Source of the DNA: an uncultured Leptospirales bacterium
Lineage (GTDB): Bacteria > Spirochaetota > UBA4802 > UBA5550
Direction: 5' to 3'
NCBI GenBank assembly: GCA_964439325.1
Contig: CAYTNW010000002.1
Location: 159,821-223,820, forward strand
DNA: 64,000 bases
Made by a program: the position numbers and the translations under genes. Within the stretch, counting starts at the first letter, position 1, and the number at the start of each line of letters is the position of its first letter. The notes under the pieces were generated by a model. That model made no database searches, had not been told where the DNA came from, and saw only the letters and a list, made by a program, of their open reading frames with translations. Below are positions 9,542 through 18,119 of the stretch, piece by piece.

Positions 9542-9969
9542 TTTTGCTGCAGGGCAAAATACATTCATTCCTCAGGCAGTATCTGATGCACATGTATCGG
9601 CAGCCTGCCTCGGGGAATCGTATCCTGCACATATCTGTAAAAACCGGGTTTTTTACTCGGGTAAAGATGAATTATGGTTGACCTTCCCATTAATCTGATG
9701 AAAATAAATATAGGGATGTAACTTAAGTCATTCAAAGTAGTATATTGTAGATGTACTGTGTTCCGTTTAATTTTGCTGATTAATCGGTTCATTCCCGGCA
9801 GTAATAATAAACAATGACTGCTGTTTCGTTGAAGACGCACCATATACGAAAGTCCCTGTACGGGTGATCCCGGCTGTAGCATATGCGGGGCATCCGGAAT
9901 AAAAAGTTTTACTCCGGATGCACTGTGATGACTTCCGGAACAGTCCGTTACATAATGCTAATTCTGGAT

Positions 9970-10332
9970 ATGAGGAAGATGAAAAAAATAATTCTGCCTG
10001 TAATATTGACGATCTTTGCACATACCGCCTACGCATATGATATGAAAAATATAGCGGCATATCCTGTCCCTTTCAATCCTCAGAAAAATATGCTGAAGAT
10101 AGGATTGCCGGCCGGTGTATCCGAACCTCATACATCTGTAAGAATAGAGATATTTGATATAAACGGCGATACAGTAATGACAAGATCCGCATCATCTCTG
10201 CCGGTTATATGGAACGGAAGAAATACAAGCGGCGGCTTCGTTAAACCGGGATTATATATGGTTAAAATAGAGATTGATGATAATAACGGCGATTACGGAA
10301 AAAAAGTCATCCGTATTCTGGTAGATTACTGA
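9970..10332 (+). CDS. Small secreted FlgD-Ig-like / T9SS-sorting-domain-like protein
   Basis: Signal peptide MRKMKKIILPVILTIFAHTAYA. Beta-sandwich-like segment VRIEIFDINGDTVMTRSASSLPVIWNGRNTSGGFVKPGLYMVKIEI. Start uncertain (9970 or 9979); the track start 9883 is probably too far upstream. Confidence 0.6.
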   Translation: MRKMKKIILPVILTIFAHTAYAYDMKNIAAYPVPFNPQKNMLKIGLPAGVSEPHTSVRIEIFDINGDTVMTRSASSLPVIWNGRNTSGGFVKPGLYMVKIEIDDNNGDYGKKVIRILVDY

Positions 10333-10345
10333 GGCCGGTAAATTT

Positions 10346-11350
10346 ATGAAATATAAAATATCCCTGATAACAGTATTTCTTTTTATAGCATCCTTTTCGT
10401 ATGCGGAGAACGCGGGGAGCAGAGGGGCTTTTACCAGGGGGGGCTGGGCCGGTGCAAGATACACTGCTTCCGGTATGTCGGGAGAGGTGCTAGCCGATGA
10501 TATTTTTTCAATATACTGGAACCCGGCTGGTCTGACAGAACTTCGCGCAAAGAAGAAACTTACCGAGAGCCAGATCGCGGAAAAGGCCAAACAGGGGAAG
10601 GTCGACCAGATAACAGAAGAGGACCTTCTTAATTTTTCTGAAAGCGACAGTAAACAGCTTTTTTTTAACATAGGGGGATCATACACGAACCTTGACATAG
10701 ACAGAGATGCCGGTTTTGCGGGATTCGCGTTTAATTTTTTCAGGGGTATAATCGGCGCAGGGCTCTATTCTGTTACATCTACAGGGATAGAAACAAGGGA
10801 CGATAACGGAACACTTACCGGTACCGCGAAATACGCGGCTTATACGGGGATTCTCTCATATGCGCAGCAGTGGAATATTTTTTCATTCGGCTTGTCCGCG
10901 AAGGGATATTATGAAAATATCGGAAAGTCGGCCTATTCCGGAGCGGGCGCGGACGCCGGGCTGCAGATTTTTGTTCTTCCGTTCCTGAAATGCGGCGTTA
11001 TGGTCAGGGATGCCTTCGGATTTCTGAAGCCCCAGGACGCTCCGGATTCCGAAAAGAGATACGATCTCTTCAAGCCGCAGATTAAAACAGGTTTTGCGTT
11101 TCTTACAAACGCGGGTGTCAAGATCTCTCTTACCGGGTCAAAGAAACTGGAACAGCCGGGCTATGAGTTCGGTGCCGGTATCGAGTACGAGGTTTCAAGA
11201 TTTCTTACAGTAAACACCGGGATTTTTGATAATTATTTCTCGGGGGGATTTACTCTTAAACTGTTGAATATGGATGTGTCTTACGCCATTAACTTTGACA
11301 GAATAGATTACGGTTACAACAATACCTTTTCCCTGGCTCTGCTTTTCTGA
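10346..11350 (+). CDS. PorV/FadL-like outer-membrane beta-barrel protein
   Basis: Signal peptide, then GARYTASGMSGEVLADDIFSIYWNPAGL (a PorV/PorQ-type N-terminal motif). Alternating beta-strand pattern. C-terminal ...FSLALLF. The stop overlaps the folP start (TGATG). Confidence 0.6.
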   Translation: MKYKISLITVFLFIASFSYAENAGSRGAFTRGGWAGARYTASGMSGEVLADDIFSIYWNPAGLTELRAKKKLTESQIAEKAKQGKVDQITEEDLLNFSESDSKQLFFNIGGSYTNLDIDRDAGFAGFAFNFFRGIIGAGLYSVTSTGIETRDDNGTLTGTAKYAAYTGILSYAQQWNIFSFGLSAKGYYENIGKSAYSGAGADAGLQIFVLPFLKCGVMVRDAFGFLKPQDAPDSEKRYDLFKPQIKTGFAFLTNAGVKISLTGSKKLEQPGYEFGAGIEYEVSRFLTVNTGIFDNYFSGGFTLKLLNMDVSYAINFDRIDYGYNNTFSLALLF

Positions 11351-12159
11351 TGGATAAGCCTAAAAAGACACGGATAATGGGGATACTGAATGTGACCCCC
11401 GATTCTTTTTATGACGGAGGGAGATATAACAGCATTGATAGCGCTGTCTCCCGTGCGCTGCAGATGTATGAAGAGGGTGCTGATATCATAGATATCGGAG
11501 GGGAGTCAACCAGGCCGGGCGCTGCACAGGTCAGCTGTGCTGAAGAGATAGACAGGGTTGTGCCGGCAATAGAGCGAATAGTTAAACAGGTGCCGGTCCC
11601 GGTTTCTGTCGATACGAACAAATCGGCGGTAGCGCTTGAAGCGGTGAAGGCCGGAGCATCGATAATAAACGATATCAGCGGCCTAACCTTTGATCCCGAA
11701 ATAGTGAAAGTCGCGGCTGAATACGGAACAGGACTTGTGATAATGCATATCAGGGGGACGCCGGCCGATATGCAGAAAAATACCGAGTATAACAATATTA
11801 TCAAAGATATACTTGATTTTTTGAACAGATCAATAAATATTGCGTTAAAAAGCGGCGTTTCCGGGGAGAAGATTGTAATCGACCCCGGTATCGGTTTTGG
11901 TAAAAGTCTGGAACAGAATTACGTTATTCTGAACAATATAAAGGAATTTTCCGGTACAGGTTATCCTGTACTCATAGGCCTTTCGAGAAAATCGCTTATC
12001 GGCAGGCTTTATCAGGGTGACGAAGACAGGCTCCCCGCGACGATAGCGCTTAATGCCGTTGCGGTGAACAACGGGGCCGATATTATCAGGGTGCATGACG
12101 TCAGGGCACACAGGCTGGCTATGGATAGTATTGATTTCTTAAAAAGGGCAGTGTTTTAA
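11350..12159 (+). CDS. folP: Dihydropteroate synthase
   Basis: IMGILNVTPDSFYDGG, DIGGESTRPGA and NDISG motifs. 269 aa. Confidence 0.9.
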   Translation: MDKPKKTRIMGILNVTPDSFYDGGRYNSIDSAVSRALQMYEEGADIIDIGGESTRPGAAQVSCAEEIDRVVPAIERIVKQVPVPVSVDTNKSAVALEAVKAGASIINDISGLTFDPEIVKVAAEYGTGLVIMHIRGTPADMQKNTEYNNIIKDILDFLNRSINIALKSGVSGEKIVIDPGIGFGKSLEQNYVILNNIKEFSGTGYPVLIGLSRKSLIGRLYQGDEDRLPATIALNAVAVNNGADIIRVHDVRAHRLAMDSIDFLKRAVF

Positions 12160-12163
12160 TCAG

Positions 12164-12970
12164 ATGGAAGAATTGACAAGAAATATAATCAGCTCTGCTT
12201 CATCTTTCTGGGATTATTTCAGGAATGTCATAGATATACTCATTGTCGCCTACCTGTTTTACTGGACCTATAATTTTCTGCTGAATACCAGGGCCGTTCA
12301 GCTTCTGAAGGGCGTGGTTGTAATCTTTATTGTGGCAGTGATAGCCGGGATCCTTCATCTTGATACGCTGGACTGGCTGATAAAAAATATCACATCCTAC
12401 CTTGTTATTACGGTAATAATTCTGTTCCAGCCCGAACTCAGACGTCTTATTACAAGGTTCGGCCAGAAAAACTGGCTTGTGAACGAGGCGAGTTCGGAAT
12501 CGTTTCAGCTTGACGAGCTTGTAAGCGCCGTATTTGCCATGGCCGAAGAGAAGGTCGGTTCTCTGATCGTAATCGAGAGAAATACAGGGCTTAAAAGTTT
12601 TGTTGAATCCGGTGTTGTCGTAGATTCCGGCATTTCGGAAGAACTTATCAGAACAATCTTCTTCCCTCTGACTCCTCTGCATGACGGCGCTCTGATAATC
12701 CAGGAGGGACGTATTGCCGGGGCGGCATGCTATCTCCCCCTGAGCGATTCGAAACAGATAAAAAAACATCACGGAGCAAGACACAGGGCCGGACTCGGCA
12801 TAGCCGAGGAGACTGACGGACTTGTTATTGTAACTTCCGAGGAGCGCGGCGAGATATCGATTATGGTCAACGGGAACCTTATACCGGCGATTAAAAACAG
12901 CGATTTAAAGAACATGATACTCTATTTTATGAATCCTAAAACAGCGTACGAGGAGACATATAATATTTAA
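12164..12970 (+). CDS. cdaA: Diadenylate cyclase CdaA (three N-terminal TM helices plus DAC domain)
   Basis: DAC motifs: HDGALII (DGA) and GARHRAGLGIAEETD (RHR). N-terminal membrane helices. Confidence 0.9.
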   Translation: MEELTRNIISSASSFWDYFRNVIDILIVAYLFYWTYNFLLNTRAVQLLKGVVVIFIVAVIAGILHLDTLDWLIKNITSYLVITVIILFQPELRRLITRFGQKNWLVNEASSESFQLDELVSAVFAMAEEKVGSLIVIERNTGLKSFVESGVVVDSGISEELIRTIFFPLTPLHDGALIIQEGRIAGAACYLPLSDSKQIKKHHGARHRAGLGIAEETDGLVIVTSEERGEISIMVNGNLIPAIKNSDLKNMILYFMNPKTAYEETYNI

Positions 12971-13942
12971 ATGAAACATTACATTGAGGCTGTAAAAAAA
13001 ATAATTGAAAGCAGAAATCTTGTCCCGAAATTCTGCAGCATACTGCTTGCGGTGGTTTTGTGGGCCTACATTTCCAGTTCGAAAAGCGGTGATGTTAAAT
13101 TTAAAATCCCTGTTGCTTTAACCGGGCTTCAGGAGAATTATATAGTTTCCAAAATATCGAGTAAAGTGGTTACTGTTGAAATATACGGCGACAGAGACGA
13201 GTTGAAAAATGTAAGTTCAAAAAACATAAAGCTGGCAGTCGATCTGACAGGAGCGGAACCGGGAGTTCAGAAATACTATCCGGTACAGTACCAGAGAGTT
13301 GATCTCAACGATGATTTTAAAATTGACCTGTCACCGGAAGAGCTGAAGATACTGATTGAAAAAAAAGCTGTCAGGAATGTCAAAGTAATACCGCGCTACA
13401 AAGGCTACACCGAAAAGGGATTCATGGTGGGGAAGATCAGGTGTAATCCTGAATACGTGAAGGTTACGGGGCCCGCTTCCGTGATAAATAACATAGGAGC
13501 GGTTTATACCGACTTCATACCTGTTGATGAAAAGAACGCACCCTTCCGTCAGGATGTCAGGATTGAGAGAGTCAATGAAGAAGGGGTCGAGTACAGTGCC
13601 GGCAAGGTCAATGCTTCGGTGCCCGTGATGAATTATTCCGGTACGGTTTCGTATGAAATACCGGTCTCTATCAAAAACAGGAAAAAGGGTTTTAACTATA
13701 CAATCAGTTCCGATAAAATTAAAATTAACGTGATGCTCACTGAGAATAAAAACGTTACTGACCGCTCCTTCTCCGCGTATATCGATGCGGATGAGATTGA
13801 AATAGATAATGATCTGCTTGCCAGGAACGGCAAGATTGAAATTACAGGTTATGTCCATGCGGATGGAGATACGCCTGAAACCGATAGTATCGTATTATCG
13901 GCAAATCCTGACAGGATTGAAATAGTTGTAACAAAAGAATGA
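12971..13942 (+). CDS. cdaR: CdaR-like YbbR-domain protein
   Basis: It starts directly after the cdaA stop. It has an N-terminal TM helix and repeated YbbR-like modules (VKV..., PEYVKVTGPASVINNI). Confidence 0.8.
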   Translation: MKHYIEAVKKIIESRNLVPKFCSILLAVVLWAYISSSKSGDVKFKIPVALTGLQENYIVSKISSKVVTVEIYGDRDELKNVSSKNIKLAVDLTGAEPGVQKYYPVQYQRVDLNDDFKIDLSPEELKILIEKKAVRNVKVIPRYKGYTEKGFMVGKIRCNPEYVKVTGPASVINNIGAVYTDFIPVDEKNAPFRQDVRIERVNEEGVEYSAGKVNASVPVMNYSGTVSYEIPVSIKNRKKGFNYTISSDKIKINVMLTENKNVTDRSFSAYIDADEIEIDNDLLARNGKIEITGYVHADGDTPETDSIVLSANPDRIEIVVTKE

Positions 13943-13983
13943 CAGAGGCGGGCGCCGCATTGAGGCACTGCTGAAATCCGGAG

Positions 13984-14196
13984 ATGAATATGATAGGCAG
14001 ACTGTTCAGTTTAATATTTTTTGTGTTTATAGGTTATATAATTTTAAAGCTGTTGAAACTGATCTTTCAGATTGGTAAAACTACCGGAGAGTTTAACCGG
14101 CGAGTGGATGAAATGAACCGTGAGAAGCGCTCTTCAGGCAAAGAAAAGAAGGGGAAAGTTATTGAGCTTGATAAAAATCAGTATAAGGTTGAGTGA
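13984..14196 (+). CDS. Small membrane protein, unknown function
   Basis: 70 aa. One hydrophobic helix (LFSLIFFVFIGYIILKLL) and a lysine-rich tail. Confidence 0.5.
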   Translation: MNMIGRLFSLIFFVFIGYIILKLLKLIFQIGKTTGEFNRRVDEMNREKRSSGKEKKGKVIELDKNQYKVE

Positions 14197-14205
14197 AGAT
14201 ATTTG

Positions 14206-14610
14206 ATGAAAAAATATATACCGGTATTTATTTTACTGCTGCTGTTCTCGTGCGGTAAACATCATGGTGAGTTTGCTTTCAAGAATCCTGAGGACAAAGG
14301 ATATAAGATACATCAGAGCAGGCTTGAGTTTGATTCATCAAAGGAGATCGGCTGGATCTACAGGTTTAAAAGATTTCCCGGCGATAGGGTAAATCTGGGT
14401 GTTGTAATATTAAAGAAAGAACTCGGATGGATAGATATAGTTACCACATCGGATTATATCGATAAATCGAAAAATATTGTCTATGGCACCCTGAAGGGAC
14501 TCGAGCCGGGGGATTACAAAATTGTTATAGTTGAAACTACGGTTTCCGGAAACAGAAAGATTGATGAAGTTGAAGTATATATCTACTCCGATGAAGAAGT
14601 CCTGGATTAA
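14206..14610 (+). CDS. Lipoprotein, unknown function
   Basis: MKKYIPVFILLLLFSCGK carries the lipobox LFSC. Confidence 0.6.
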   Translation: MKKYIPVFILLLLFSCGKHHGEFAFKNPEDKGYKIHQSRLEFDSSKEIGWIYRFKRFPGDRVNLGVVILKKELGWIDIVTTSDYIDKSKNIVYGTLKGLEPGDYKIVIVETTVSGNRKIDEVEVYIYSDEEVLD

Positions 14611-14617
14611 ACCCGCC

Positions 14618-14950
14618 TCAATCCTCTTTTGTCTTTTTTATTTTTGAAGCTCTGTTTTCAGCCTGACTGTTCACCCTGTTTATTGTGTCCACCGTTTCTG
14701 TAAGCTTCTCTTTCTGCTTCTGGATCTCATCAAGGTCTATCCCGCTTTTATCGAGATACTGCTGAAGTGCCGGATCAATTTTTTCACCTTTATAGTTCAG
14801 ATAACCGGCATACAACAGCAGGGCGATTAACAATATTACTATCAGCTTTACGATACGCTTCAGTATTGAATAGATCAGAAGCGATGCGAGCAGGATGACA
14901 ATCGCCAGCAGAATTTTGTTTGCCAGCAGGGAGTTTATGATCTGTTCCAT
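14618..14950 (-). CDS. Small membrane protein, unknown function
   Basis: 110 aa. Two predicted TM helices followed by a charged coiled tail. Confidence 0.55.
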   Translation of the reverse strand: MEQIINSLLANKILLAIVILLASLLIYSILKRIVKLIVILLIALLLYAGYLNYKGEKIDPALQQYLDKSGIDLDEIQKQKEKLTETVDTINRVNSQAENRASKIKKTKED

Positions 14951-15030
14951 TGCGCGGTTATACCATCCGGAAATTTTTTATTCGGCTTTTATTAAAACGT
15001 TATTTTACAAATGTAAATTTTATCAATCAA

Positions 15031-15200
15031 ATATTTAATTTGTACAATTAATGTCACTGCGAGGTATGGAATGCCGAAGCAGTCTGTTTTGTACATATAC
15101 CTGTTTATATTGTGAAATTATAGTTTTTTAAAACAGATTGCTTCACTTTGTTCGCAATGACAGTGGTCTAAACATTTCGTGAACTACTATAATTTCAGTA
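15031..15200. repeat. MITE-like palindromic repeat, copy A
   Basis: Aligns end to end at about 80% identity (by eye) with 16718-16886. The core 15053-15161 is bounded by imperfect inverted termini: GTCACTGCGAGG...GCAGTCTG and CAGATTGCTTCACTTTGTTCGCAATGAC. Confidence 0.7.
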
Positions 15201-15315
15201 TAAGCGTTTAAATAGATTTTAAAAAATCACTATATAAACCGATTATTTCTTGCAATGATTTTTTTATTTATAGAAAATGATTTAACATAGCCCGGGTTTT
15301 AAACTGGAGGAGTCA

Positions 15316-16323
15316 ATGGAATTTAAGAAGGTGCTGAAAAAATCGGTCTTCCTCGATCCTTTCAACGGATTTGACCGGGGTGGGCGTGAATGCGAAATCA
15401 GGACAGATCCTCTTACCGGGAGGAATGTGAGGATACTTTTTTTCCCGCCGAGAATGCTCCCGGAACCGGACCTGGAAGCGATTAAGAGGAAGGATACAGG
15501 TTTCTGCCCGTTCTGTGCGGAAAATATAGAGAAGATAACTCCGAAGTTTAACCCGGAACTTTTCAGCAGGGAGCGTTACAAATCGGGTGAAGCGGTATGT
15601 TTTCCAAACGCTTTCCCCTATGACGAGAACGGCGCCGTAACGGTGATGACAGATAAACACCTGGTGCTGATTGATGAATTTACGCCGGAGATCATGAAAA
15701 ACGCATTCGCCTGCTGCGTTGAATTCCTGAAAGATGTGGAACAGAAACAGCCCGATGCGCAGTACCAGTCGATCAACTGGAACTATCTCCCCGTTGCCGG
15801 AAGCTCGATAGTACATCCCCATCTCCAGATAACGGCCTCTTCGATCCCGACGAACTACTATTCCGATGTTCTGAAAACGATAGACGCCTCGGATGTGAAT
15901 GTGTTCGAGGACCTTGTGAATTCCGAGATCGCAATCGGTGAGAGGTTTATCTCCCGCGGAGAGTATTTTTCATGGATGATCGCTTTTGCCCCGGGCGGAA
16001 TTTTTGACCTGATGGCGGTATCGCACGCCTGTTTCCCTCCTGTCGAACTTAAAGGGGGGAGGCTTGATGAGCTGATTGATGGTATTCTTAAAACGATTAA
16101 TTTTATTAAAACATACAATATCATCAGTTATAATATGTCGTTATTCTTTATTCCGGGCAATCAGAGGTTTATACCGCACATGAGGATATGTCCCAGGACT
16201 AATGTTCCGCCCCTTGATACCAGTGAGATTAATTATATGAAGATGCTTCATAACGAACCTATGTCGACAATGAAGCCGGAACTTGTCGCTGAGGCGATGA
16301 AGAAGGTGTGGAACAGTAAATAG
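15316..16323 (+). CDS. GalT-like nucleotidyltransferase (HIT superfamily, galactose-1-phosphate uridylyltransferase family)
   Basis: Zn-site-like CPFC (GFCPFCAEN) and the active-site histidine motif SIVHPHLQ (H-x-H-x-Q). 335 aa. Confidence 0.75.
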   Translation: MEFKKVLKKSVFLDPFNGFDRGGRECEIRTDPLTGRNVRILFFPPRMLPEPDLEAIKRKDTGFCPFCAENIEKITPKFNPELFSRERYKSGEAVCFPNAFPYDENGAVTVMTDKHLVLIDEFTPEIMKNAFACCVEFLKDVEQKQPDAQYQSINWNYLPVAGSSIVHPHLQITASSIPTNYYSDVLKTIDASDVNVFEDLVNSEIAIGERFISRGEYFSWMIAFAPGGIFDLMAVSHACFPPVELKGGRLDELIDGILKTINFIKTYNIISYNMSLFFIPGNQRFIPHMRICPRTNVPPLDTSEINYMKMLHNEPMSTMKPELVAEAMKKVWNSK

Positions 16324-16330
16324 AAATAAA

Positions 16331-16355
16331 AAAGGGCAACCTGTGATTGCCCTTT
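16331..16355. terminator. Bidirectional hairpin terminator between the GalT-like gene and the tRNA pair
   Basis: AAAGGGCAA (16331-16339) pairs with TTGCCCTTT (16347-16355). On the minus strand the hairpin is followed by a T-run (complement of AAATAAAAAA), just downstream of the tRNA genes. Confidence 0.6.
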
Positions 16356-16360
16356 GATAT

Positions 16361-16434
16361 TAGCGGGGGAGGGACTCGAACCCCCCACACCACGGATATG
16401 AGCCGTGTGCTCTAACCTACTGAGCTACCCCGCC
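16361..16434 (-). tRNA. tRNA with CAU anticodon (elongator Met, or Ile2 if lysidinylated)
   Basis: Minus-strand read: GGCGGGG TA GCTC AGTAGGTTA GAGC A CACGG CTCATAT CCGTG GTGTG GGGGG TTCGAGT CCCTC CCCCGCT A. This folds as a cloverleaf with a CAT anticodon. No encoded CCA. Confidence 0.85.
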
Positions 16435-16443
16435 GGGTTTTAT

Positions 16444-16516
16444 TAGCGCGGGTAGGACTTGAACCTACGACCTTTGGGTTATGAGCCCAACGAGCTGCCA
16501 ACTGCTCCACCGCGCG
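16444..16516 (-). tRNA. Initiator tRNA-fMet (CAU)
   Basis: Minus-strand read: CGCGCGG TG GAGC AGTTGGCA GCTC G TTGGG CTCATAA CCCAA AGGTC GTAGG TTCAAGT CCTAC CCGCGCT A. The anticodon stem ends in three G-C pairs (GGG/CCC) and position 1:72 is unpaired. Both are initiator hallmarks. Confidence 0.85.
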
Positions 16517-16717
16517 ATCTGTAAGCAACCTAAATAAAGGACATATAAGTGTCAACATTTTTTAGTAATAAATAAAAATTAACAGAATATTTTTAATTTC
16601 ACTATCAGCAGAGGGTATAGACCTGCTTTGTATATTGGAAAAGTTTGAATATATTACTCAAAATTGTATAAATTATAAGAATGCGGCAGTTTCGTCTTTT
16701 TTAGTTATAGCTATTAA

Positions 16718-16886
16718 CTATTTAATTAGTATATCAAATGTCACTGCGAGGCATTGAATGCCGCGGCAGTCTGATTTGTAAATATACATGTGTTCATTAT
16801 GAAACTATTGTTTTTTAAAACAGATTGCTTCACTTTGTTCGCAATGACGGAGGTTTGATCATTTTATGAGCTGCTATAGTACAGAT
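16718..16886. repeat. MITE-like palindromic repeat, copy B
   Basis: Same orientation and length as 15031-15200. The core 16740-16858 has the same termini (GTCACTGCGAGG...GCAGTCTG / CAGATTGCTTCACTTTGTTCGCAATGAC). Confidence 0.7.
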
Positions 16887-17086
16887 AGTTTAGGCTATGG
16901 GTGAGAATTGGGAAATAATTTTCTAATTGCTCTAAAAAACCACAGCAGTTTTATGTTTAACGACGTTAAGACGATGCCGGTGACAATTTCACGTCAGCTC
17001 CGGTCGATCAAAATTATCCTCTGTCAAATGAAAACTTATTGACCTCAGAGTGAAAATAATTGATACAAAGTAAAAAGGGAGAGGGT

Positions 17087-18118
17087 ATGCTGAATCCATT
17101 CAAATTTCTTCGCAACAGGAAAGTGGGGCTTGCGCTGGGGAGCGGAGGGGCCAAGGGTTTATCGCACATCTCGGTCATTGAATACCTTGAGGGCCTGCAG
17201 ATCCCTATTGACATGATTGCCGGGTCGAGTATCGGCGCTGTCGTGGGGGCAGTTTATCTCTGCGGCAATTTAAGGAAGATGAAGGATGATATGCTTTCAT
17301 TTTCAAAGAAAGACTTTCTCTCTGCGGTGGACATGACTATCCCGAAGTCCGGCTTTATCAAGGGAGATAATTTTAAAAAATTTTTAACAAAATATATTCC
17401 TGCAGACAGAAAGATAGAGGAACTGCCGAAGCCCCTCGCTATAGTGGCTACAGATTATTACACCGGAAAACCTGTAATTTTCAGAAAAGGAAATATCATT
17501 GAGGCGGTAAGGGCGAGCGTTTCTATTCCCGGGGTAATTATTCCGGCGGTATACGGTGATACGTTTCTCCTCGACGGAGGGGTGTCTAATCCGCTTCCGA
17601 TCGATGTGGTAAAAGATATGGGGGCCGGTTTTACCGTTGCAGTAAATCTCCATCCGGGACTTAAGGTGACGAAAATTGAAAAATATGTAAAGAGCGGGGC
17701 GGAGAAGATAGGACTGAACATCTTCCGCGAGGATATTCATTATGCTGATGAGGATAAAAAGAACGAAGAAAAAAAAGTTTCCGTTGAGGATATAAATAAT
17801 CTCTCCCCTGAAAAAAGAATACAGGCGAAGCTGAAGAGCAAAATAGATAACTGGCTCGTCCGGAAAAAAGAGAAAAAAGAACAGCAGGATATCTACCCCA
17901 CCATTTTCGAGGTGATGTTTCAGTCGATTGATATCATGGAATATGTAAATACGCAGAATATGCTGAAATATCATTCACCGACTGTATTAATAGAACCGGC
18001 ACTGCTGCAGACCGGTACTTTAAGTTTTAATGACGCGAAAAATATTTTTGCTGTGGGCTATGCCGCTTCAGCCGAAAAAAAATTCGAACTTCAAAGAAAG
18101 ATCAGGTTATGGATATAA
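17087..18118 (+). CDS. Patatin-like phospholipase
   Basis: Oxyanion motif GSGGAKG, nucleophile elbow GSSIG (G-x-S-x-G), and catalytic DGG (LLDGGVSNPLP). Start at MLNPFKF (17087) after GGGAGAGG. Confidence 0.85.
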   Translation: MLNPFKFLRNRKVGLALGSGGAKGLSHISVIEYLEGLQIPIDMIAGSSIGAVVGAVYLCGNLRKMKDDMLSFSKKDFLSAVDMTIPKSGFIKGDNFKKFLTKYIPADRKIEELPKPLAIVATDYYTGKPVIFRKGNIIEAVRASVSIPGVIIPAVYGDTFLLDGGVSNPLPIDVVKDMGAGFTVAVNLHPGLKVTKIEKYVKSGAEKIGLNIFREDIHYADEDKKNEEKKVSVEDINNLSPEKRIQAKLKSKIDNWLVRKKEKKEQQDIYPTIFEVMFQSIDIMEYVNTQNMLKYHSPTVLIEPALLQTGTLSFNDAKNIFAVGYAASAEKKFELQRKIRLWI

Positions 18119-18119
18119 A

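Noticed and set aside
9565-10060. Minus-strand ORFs 9565-9882 and 9767-10060.
   Set aside because: They overlap each other and the start of the FlgD-Ig-like gene. They have no RBS and no family resemblance.
15313-15822. 169-aa minus-strand ORF opposite the GalT-like gene.
   Set aside because: The plus-strand ORF carries the CPFC and HPHLQ GalT/HIT motifs. The minus ORF has none.
17087-18118. Patatin-like phospholipase as a CBASS-type defence effector.
   Set aside because: No CD-NTase or other sensor gene is adjacent. The gene abuts lnt with a 1-nt gap, which suggests a housekeeping lipid or envelope role.
17060-18119. N-terminal extensions in the ORF track: starts at 17060, 18030, 53085, 57453, 60461, 44474, 49631, 9883, 3623, 4304 and 24183.
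   Set aside because: Internal starts with better RBS spacing, no overlap with the upstream gene and agreement with family N-termini were preferred: 17087, 18120, 53130, 57531, 60506, 44495, 49658, 9970, 3560, 4190 and 24117.
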